From assembly GCA_036393875.1 (NCBI GenBank), contig DASWGF010000091.1, positions 1 to 44,586 of the forward strand: 44,586 nucleotides of DNA, read 5' to 3'. This document shows, one piece after another, positions 24,001 through 33,000 of this stretch (positions within the stretch are counted from its first letter, which is position 1; the number at the start of each line of letters is the position of its first letter). The notes below the pieces were generated by a model. It was given only the letters and a program-made list of their open reading frames with translations. It was not told the origin of the DNA and made no database searches. The DNA comes from Candidatus Dormiibacterota bacterium. GTDB taxonomy: Bacteria > Chloroflexota > Dormibacteria > Dormibacterales > Dormibacteraceae. The position numbers and the translations under genes are program-made.

Positions 24001-27000
24001 CGCGCTGTCCTCCTCGTTGCCTTGCGCACTCAACGTGACGTCGCCGCCCGTGGCCGTCACGTTCGCGCCGGAGGAAACGATCGCCTCGGTGTGGTCCGAG
24101 ACGATGTTCAACGCGAGCGCGCCGGCGATGCTGACCGTGCTCTTGTCACCACCCGCGCCCGATGTGGCTTCGGCGCTGATGTCGTGCTCGGCGAGGCGGT
24201 AGTAATTGCCTTCAGCTGGGCTCGGCGGGAAGGTCACGCCGTCGCCTTGCGAGACCCAGCTGCTGCCGTTCCACTTGTAGATGCCCGCGGCGAACTCCGG
24301 CGTGGTGGCGGCCGACGTGATGGTGGCCTTGTCGTCGGCCGTGCCGACGCACCCGCCGACGAAGGTGAACGTCGTCGGCGTCGTGCCGCCGTACGTGCAG
24401 GTGACGCCCAGACCGTCGACCTTGAACGTGCCGCCGCCCGCGTTGAAGCCGGCGGTCGAGTTGACCAGGAGCGTCCCGACGGTGAGGTCTTGCGCCCCAA
24501 CTACCGCGGTCGTCGCGTTCGACGCCTTCAGCAGCTGGAAATAGTCGCCGGTCGCGGGGCTGACGGGCAGCGTCGACCCGGTCGCGATGCCGGCGATCTG
24601 GAAGTCCCAGTTCGACGTCGAGTCGTTCCACTTGTAGACGCCTGGCAGCTTGGTGACCCGCGTGACGGCTGCGCCATCCTTCGGCGTGCCGGTGCAGCCG
24701 CTGACGCCGAAGTGGGTCCCGTCGGCGACGACGTAGGTGCAGGTGCCGGTGCCGCCGGCGGCGGTCAGCGACCCGCTCGGCTCGAAGCCCGACGTGGAGG
24801 TGACGGTCAGGGTCCCACCGGCGAGGTCCTGGCCGGCCCCGCCTACGAACGTCCCGGTCGTCATCGTGACGGTCGCCTTGTCGTCGGGCTTCACGGTCGA
24901 GGTCGTGCAGTCGCCCGCGATCGCGAAGTGGGTCGAGTCGGTGACGGTGTAGTTGCACTCCTTGTCGATGCCGTCGATCTTGAGCGTGCCGGTCGTGGCG
25001 GCCGCGCCGAAGCCGGCAGTCGACTTGACCTTGAGCGTGAGGCCGCCCAGGTTCTGCGTCGCGCCATCGACCGTCGTCGTTGCGGGCGTGGCTTTGGTGA
25101 GCTGGAAGAGGTCGTCCTTCGATGGCGACTCGGGGAACGTCTCCCCGGTGTCGATCGTCTTCCAGTCGGTCCCGTCGAAGCGCTGGATGCGGTCCTGGCC
25201 GTTGACCAGCATTCCAACTTCGATGTCGAGGCCCTTGGCGCTGACGACTGCGTTGCCTGTCGTCGCCATGTTGGTGATGTCGACCTTGTTCACCGACACG
25301 CCGACGCCGATCCCGACGGATCCAGCCTCGGCGGCCTTGCCGCTTCCATTGGCGCTGGCGTCGGTGTTCGCCCGCGTCTTGAGGGTGAGCGCCCCGCCCG
25401 CCGCCGTGACGTTGGAGCCGTCCGCAAGCGATGCCTGGGTGATGGAGGTCACGATGTTGATCGCGGCGGCGCCCGCCACGGTGACCGTGTTCGAATCCTT
25501 GCTCGAGTCGGTATTGCCGTTGCTGTCCGCGGTGTCGGCCTTGGCCTTGCTCGTGTCGGTGGTGCTCGAGGTCTTGCCCGTGCCGTCCTTGCTTTCGGTG
25601 TTTGCGTTCTTGACCTGGTCGTCGGCCTTGCCGTTGACATCCTTGCCGGAGCTGTCGTGCGCGCTGTCGGTGGTTGAGGTGGTGTCCTTGCCCTTGGCGC
25701 CGGTGGCGCTGGCGTCGGCCTCCGTCACGGTGGTGGATGAGCCGGTGGCCGAGAAGCTGACCGACTTCGTGCTGTTGAGCGTTCGGGAGTCCGTCGCGGT
25801 CACCTCGTCGTCCGGAATCGCGAGCGCGAGCGCCAGCCCGATCACCACGGTGCCGCTGACCGCGTCTGCTTTCGCGGTGGTGGTGGCCTTGGCGGTCTGA
25901 GTCGCGCTCAGGCTGATCGCGTCGCTCGTCGTGAGCGACTGCGACGCGCCACCGGCGATCCTCGCGGTCGTGATCACGGTCGGGAGGGCGATCGCCGCAT
26001 CGGCTGTCAGGCTGAGCGTCGAGCCATCCGCGCCGGCGGTGCCCGCCTCGGCGTAGGTCGTCATCGAGTCGGTGCCGGTCGCGGCCAGCGTGACCTTCTT
26101 GGCGCTTCTGACGTCCGCACCGTCGTCGATCGACGCGCTCGTCGCGTCGCGCACGATGTTGATGGCGGCGCCGGCGCCGATGCCGACGGTGCTGGCGTCC
26201 TTGTCGCTGGCCATCGCCTTCGCGGTGCTGTCCACCGATGAGGTGCCGGACTGCGAGACATCGCCCGCGACCGTGTCGTGGGCGGTGCCCGTGGCGCGGA
26301 TCGAGGCGCTCGTCTCGAAATCGGCGATGGTCAGTGCCAGCGAGCCCGCGATGCCGACCTTGCCGGCTCCGCCGCCGGCGGTCGCCTCGGTGTCAAGGGT
26401 GCTCTTGCCGTCGGGTTCGCTGCTGACCGCCTTCCAGTTCGCGGCGTCGGAGTGCGGCGCCACCATGTCGGTCGCGACGTCGTTCAGCGCCGCGTACTTG
26501 TTGCCGTCGAATGTGTCGATGACGGCGTCGCCCTGGCTGTAGCTGGTGCCGGACAGCCAGTTGTTGACGAGCGTCCAGTTCGCCAGGTCGTGGTGCGGAG
26601 CCAACACGTCGTTGGCGACGGCGTTCTTCGCGACGTAAACGTGCCCGTCGAGCTTGTCGGTCACCACGTCGCCCTTGCTGTAGCTCGTGCCGGATGTCCA
26701 GCTGCCCTTGCTCTGAGCCGACTTGTTCAAGGCGGCGGTCAGGGTCAGGCCGGTGGAGTTGACCACCGTGTTGGCGTTGCTCCATTTCGTGGGGTCGGAA
26801 TGCGGCGCCAGCGCGTCGGCCACAAGGTTGCTCTTGGCGGCGTACCTGTTTCCGTCGACCGAGTCGGTGACGACGTCGCCCTGGCTGTAGTTGCCGGGTG
26901 TGGACGACCAGATGCCCTGGTCGGGCCCGGTGCCGGTGGTCGCCTGGTTGGTGACCTTCACGAGGTTGATGGCCGCCGCGACCCCGATGTTGGCCGTCTT

Positions 27001-30000
27001 GGCCTTGGTCGCGCTGCCCTTGGCGATGACCTTAGAGTCGACGTCCTCTGAGGTGGTGAGGCTGAGGGTGCCGGCCGTCGTGACCGAGATTCCGTCGGCG
27101 AGCGTGGCGAGCGCCTTCGCCGTGACGATGGCGATGGCGGCGGCGGCGGCGACCGTCACGGTCGTGCCGCCGTTTTCACCGCTCTTCGCCTTGGGCGTGC
27201 TCGACGAGCCCGAATCCTTGTTATCCGCGGATTTCGACGTGTCGTTGCCGAGCTTCAGGTTGTCGTCGGCTTTGCCGTTGACGTCCTTGTTGGAGCTGTC
27301 GGTCGAGGTGTCGCCAGAGTCTTTCTTTCCAGGCGCGCCGGCGGAGCTCGCGTTCGACTCCGTGTCATTGACTGACGCCCCGTCGGCGGCGAAGCTGACG
27401 GCGCCGCCGGCGCCGGCCAGGTTGCGGTTGAGCTGCGAGCTGACGATGTGATTCGCCACCAGCAGACCGAGCGACAAGCCGATCCCGGCAGTCCCTCCCT
27501 TCGTCGAGCCGCTCGCGGTCGTCGTGGTCGTCGCGTTTTGCTTCGCGTGAGCGGTCAGCGTCCCGCCGAGCGTCAGGTCGGGGCCGGTCCCGATCGAGGC
27601 GCTCGTCGTGACGTTCGAGATGGCGATCGCGACCTGCGCCGAGAGCGCGAGGCTGCCGCTACCGGCGGAGGCGCCGCCGTCTGCTTTGGTCGTCATCGAG
27701 TCCGCCGCCGTCGCGTTGACGGCCAGGTTGTGAGCGCCGGTGAGCTGCGACAGATCGGCCAGGCCCGACTTCGTCGTGTCGTTGACGACGTTGACGGCCA
27801 CCGAGGCGCCGATGCCGCTTGCGCTCCCGTCGCTCGCCTGCTTGGCGTCGGCCGTCGCGTTGCTCGCCTGGTTTGAGGTCGTCGTCAGGGTCAGATCGCC
27901 GCCGGTGTAAGTGACCGGCGTGGGCGTCTCGACGTCGGCGGTTGTGTGCGTCGTGATGACGTTGACCGCGATCGAGCCCGCGACGCCGACGCTGCTGCCA
28001 CCTGCGCCGGAGGTCGAATGCGTGGTGAAGCTGGAGGCACCGGGGCCCAGGGCTTCCAAGGTCACACCGCCTGGCGCGGTCAGGGTCGTGTTGCCGCCGA
28101 GGTAGGCGTGGGTGTCGACGACCGCGACGTTGACGGCGACCGCGATGGCGAAGCCCGACTTCGCATCGGTGCTCGGTAGGTCACCCGTGGTCGGATCCGT
28201 CATGACCGTGTTGTCGTGGTAGATCGTTCCGCCGAGGACCGCGTCCAGCAGGAACTCCTTCCCCGCGGCGGTGCTGCGGTAGATCCGGTACCCGATCGCG
28301 TTGACGACCGCGGTCCAGTTGACCGTGATCTGGTTGATGGCCGCGGTGCCGGGCACCTTGTAGGAACCCTCGGGGCCGGGCAGGCTCTCGTTCGCGCTGG
28401 TGACCGCGGCGCCGCCCGTCGGAACGCCGGCGCATCCGGTGACGTGGAACGCGGTCAGCGACGTGATCGTGTAGGAGCATGTGGCGCTGAGGACGCCGAC
28501 GGTCAATACGCCGCTCGGGTCGAAACCGCCCGTCGACACGACGTTGAGGGTTCCGCCCGAGAGGTTTGGCACAGCGCCGCTGACGGTGGTGCTGTTGTCG
28601 CCGGTCGTCAGCGCCGTGATCCGGTAGTAGTAGGTCGTACCGCCTGTCAGGAATCCGCCGGTCACGGCGGGGGCGGTGAACGTCGGGACGTCGGGCGTGA
28701 ACTGCACGTTCCCGGCGTCCGCGATCGCGGACGTGTTGTTGGTGGCCCCGGCGTGGATCTTCTGCGATCCAGTCGCGTTGATGGCGACCGATCCGCTGGC
28801 CGGCGCGATGTAGGCCTTGGTCGTCTCGACCACCACCGTCACGGCCAGCGCGCCGGCGAGACCCTGGCTCCCTTCGCCTGTCTTGGACTTGCCGTCCGCC
28901 TGGCTCGCGGAAGTGTCCTTGAAGCCTGGCTGGCTGGAGTCGAGCCGAGAGCTGTTGCTGTTCGCGTCCTGGCCCGAGTCGTTCCCGGTCGCGGCGCCCG
29001 GGCTTTCCTTGGCGGTGGTGGGTGCGGTGTTGCTGGTGTCGGCCGAGATGGTCAGGTTGGCCGATGTGATTGGGGTCGCCGCGGCGCTGTCGACGAATGC
29101 CTCGGAGTCCGTCGTGAGCACCGCCACTGCGATGCCTGCGCCCGAACCGGCGCCGGTGGAGTCGGCCTTGGAGGAGATGTTGGTCTTGACGTTGGAGGTG
29201 ATCGAGACGTTGCCGGTCGCGGTGATGGCGCTCGTGCCAGAGAGCTGGCTCACCGCGTTGGCCAGCACCTGGGCAACCGTCACGGAGGAGTCACTGGCCT
29301 TGGCGTCTTTCCAGTTCGTGGTGTCGGACGCCGGGTTGGTCGTGCTCGTCACGTTGTTCAGGGCGGCGTAGCGCTTGTTGTTGAAGGTGACGATGTCGCC
29401 CTTCGTGTAGGGGAAGCCCGACGACCAAGCACCCAGGTCGGCGCCACCGGCCGCGTTGGCGGAGGCGAGGACGTTCGCGACGCTCGCGATCTTCACGTCG
29501 CCACCCGTCGCGGTGATCGTCGAGGCGCCGTGGACGTTGATCGTGCCCTGGTAGATGAGCTGCAGCCCGGCATGGTTGATGCCGGTTCCGCTTCCGGTCT
29601 CGGCGATGCCAGTCGTGACGGCGGCGCCGTTGGCCGGCGTGCCGGTGCAGACGGTGATCGAGGTGAACGACGTGTCGGTCTTGCTGCTGTAGCTGCACGG
29701 GCCCGAGCCCCCGTCGACGCTGAACGTGCCGGTGTCGTCGAAACCAAACGTCGACGCGACGTGGAGCGTGCCCAAAGCCAGGCTGTCGCCGCCCGGGGTC
29801 ACGGTGGTGCTCAACGTTCCAGCGAATGCCTCGAGGTCGATCGACGAGCCGCTGAGGGTGGCTCCGTCCAGCTCGATGCCAGCGTTGACCCCCAGCAAGG
29901 TGGTCGTGATGCCCAGGAGGCTGTGCCCGTTGCTCTGGTAGGTCGCGTTGAGGTTGATGGTGCTGGTGGTGGTGAGCTTGGCGGCAGAGTCGAGCTTGAT

Positions 30001-33000
30001 CGATGAGCCGTCCACCTCTACTGGGGCCGCCAAGGAGTCGAGCGTCCCGCTGATCTCCACATTCGACTTGCCGGCGTTGATGATCAGCGAGGTCATGGCC
30101 GACCGCGCTGTCGCGATCGACCCGGAAGCGATGGTGCCAATCAGCGGGAGCGTGTAGAAGAATGCCAGTCCCGTGCCGCCGCCGTCGCTCACATGCAGCG
30201 TCGCGACGCCCGTTGGCTCTTTGAGGCTGATGACTGCGGCCGCCGCATTGGTCCAGCACAGATAGTTCAAGACCCCGTCGCACGTCGCGCCGAGAGTGAA
30301 GAAGCTGAAGTGGTTGACCGTCGCGATCAGCTGCCGGTTCGGCCAGTCCAGCGTGGTCGGCTCGCGGACCCAGGTCTGGCTCGCCGCGTCCCAATGGAAT
30401 ACCGACATCGCCTGCGCCTGCGCCTGGGTCGTTCCGGCCGGGAGTGCAAAAGCGAGGGTCGCGGGCTGGTCGAGCCGGTGCACCGGCGCGCCGCTGGCGA
30501 GGCTGGTGGCGTTCACGTCGTAGACCGGCCCGAATGCGGTCATGCCAGTTCCCATGGCGGGCGGCGCTGTTTCGGGGGTGACGCCGACGGCGAGCCTCTC
30601 GCTGGTCGCGGCCTGGACGCCGACCGCCAGGTTGCCGTCGGATGAGGTCGCCTTGCCGCTCGAGTTGAAGGAGGAGACCGCGGTCGCGTTCTGGATCGCG
30701 GTGAAGGCGATCGACGGGCTCAGCCGCACCACCTGGTACTGGTAGCTGCTCCCGGGCAGCACGGCGGTGTCGACGTAATTAGTGGCGCTGGTCGTGCCCA
30801 ACGAAGAGAAGATCGAGCCGGAGCCATATGCCCGGCGAACCTGGAATAGGTCTCCGGCCGCCCCTGTCCAGGTCAGCTGAACGCCGGTAGAGGTCGCTGT
30901 GGAATTGAGATTGAAGCCGGGAGTTGGCGGCCCGCGAGCGCCGACCGCGCCAACCGCGAACGAGTCGAACTGTTGCGCGGTGCGACCTGAGTTATCGGTC
31001 GCGGTGACTCTCCAGACGTACTTGCCGGCGGCGAGGCCGGCGGTGCTGAACGAGGTCGACCATGCGATCAAGCCGGCCACCCCGACCACTGGCCCGCCAG
31101 GAGCCGACGGGGTCGCGGGCTTGGTCGGCAGCACATTGGGGATTGCGGTCCAATCGCTGCTTCCGATCGGCGCGAACGAAAAGTCGACCGAGGCGATGCC
31201 AAGGTGAGACGAGACCTGGGCGACCAGGTCCACGATCGCCTGGTCGGGCCGATCGGCGGCATTCGGAGTCAGAATCGTGAGGTCAGGCGGCATCAGGTTC
31301 CAGACCGCCGGCGTGGTGATCCATTGCGTCTCGCTGAACGCACTCTCGTTGCCGTAGACGTCGATCTGCGTCACCACATAGGCGATCGACTGCGCGCCGG
31401 CGAGCGACGCGTCCAGGAACGAGCTGGCAGAGAGGCTGGTGGCGGCAAGCGAGTAACCGCTGCCGATGGAGCGGTAGACGTTATACGTTCCTCCCGCGAC
31501 TGCGGTCCAGCTCACGCGGACACTGTCACCCGAGATCGACGAGCTGAGCCCGGTCACCGTGGGTGCGGTGTGGACGACGTTCAAGACCGAAATGGCGGTC
31601 TGCGTCACGACGGCGCCGCCCGACGTCACCCCAACCGCTCGGACCTGGTGAGAACCTTCGGAGAGTCCGCCGGTCGCGACACTGCCGCTCGCCGTCCAGG
31701 TCTGGCCATTGACGATGGCCGAAAGCTGACCGACGACGACCCAGGCGCCCTGCTGCAGGGCCTGCAGCTCGACTGATGAAAAGCTGACCGAGCCTTGACC
31801 CGATGCGGAGACGTCCACCGTCGATCCCGCAGATCCAGTGGTCTGGCTGCTGCCGAGCGTCAGCGTGCCGGGACTCTGGGGCGCAGCCGCAAGCCCTCCG
31901 GATGACAGCACAAATGCTGTCGACGAGGCGGACTGTGGCACGGGCACGAGCGCTGCGCTGACGACCTGCGATGCGGCGCCGTCGTTGTTGCCGCTGAAGG
32001 CGCGGACTCGGTAGTAGGCCACCGCGCCGACGGTCGCGGAGTCGCGGTAGACCATCTCGCCAGTGGTGCCGAGCACCCTGAACGGTCCGTCTGCCTGCCA
32101 CGCGCGCTCGACGGTGTAACCGGCGGCCTGCGGGACCGCGGCCCAGAGCAGGGTCACCGAACCACCACCGGCGACTGCATGAACACCGATGGGCGCAGCC
32201 AGCGAGTCCGTCTCGTTTCCCGTCGACGGCCGCACCACGTCCGGCACCGTGATGGCGGTCGTCGCCGACGCCTGACCCGCCGCGCCGTCGGAGTTGTATG
32301 CCTGCACGCGGTATTGGTTCTTGCCCGGCTGCGCGCTGCGATCGACGTACTGAGTTCCGATCACCCGGTCGAGGACGACCCAGCTGTTCCCGTCGAGCCG
32401 GCTCACGGCGTAAGACGCCGGCATCTCACCCTGCGACGGGCTCCAGTGAAGCGAGACACCGAAGGGCGTGATCGTGGCCGTCGGTGCGGAAGGCGCCGGC
32501 AGGCCACCATCGCCTCGCAGCGTGAATCCCTTCGCCTGCCCTACTCCAGCGGGCACCTCCGCCCTCACCGAGTAGTGGCCCCTCGGCAGAGAAGCCACGT
32601 TCCAGTCGACGGTGCATGTCGGCGCACACGACATCGTGCCGTGCACCGTCTGCCACGCTCCCCCGTCGCCGGCATACTGGAAAGCCACACCGCTGCCTGC
32701 GGACGCGTCGCTCACCAACATCAGCCGGTCGTCGACCGCACCGTCCGGCGCGACCTTGTCTCCACTCGGAAGCGTCAGCGTCAGCGTGGGTGGTGTGAGC
32801 GGCCTGGTTCCCGAGGTGGCCGAGACGGTGACCGACGCGGCCGGACTGGTGTTTCCGAACTTGTCCTCGAGGACCACCTTGTACGTGTGCGAGCCCGGCG
32901 CCGGGGTCTCGTCCGTCCACGAAAGCGCGCCGGTCGCGACTGTGCCCACCGGTTCGACATCGGTGTCTTTCTGGACGAGGTACGCGGCGCCGTTGACAGT

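Larger units (their letters stand above)
19280..30250 (-). repeat. Very long Gly/Ala/Ser/Thr/Val-rich degenerate repeat region, probably a beta-helix or beta-solenoid fibre, interrupted by inserted modules
   Basis: There are dozens of strand motifs of the type G(V/I)(A/G)(G/A)(S/A)(V/I/A)(A/S)(V/I)N(V/I)(V/I)xxxTxAx(I/V). Examples are GVAGSIAVNVITTHTTADV, IGASVAVNVVNDTTKSGL, VAGAAAINIVTSITQASL, IGASAAIQVLTDNVVRAAI, IGAAVSINVIKTTSTADL, VTGSVIVDVFSITTQAFI and VAGSVTVDVFTDVTKAHV. Each is followed by G..V.A.G.L.L.A type turns. Confidence 0.55.

Noticed and set aside
13400-30250. Periodic DNA repeats that could be mistaken for a CRISPR array or satellite
   Set aside because: The repeats are 300-1100 nt, degenerate and all in one open reading frame with conserved protein motifs. 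There is no short identical repeat/spacer structure, and no cas genes are present.
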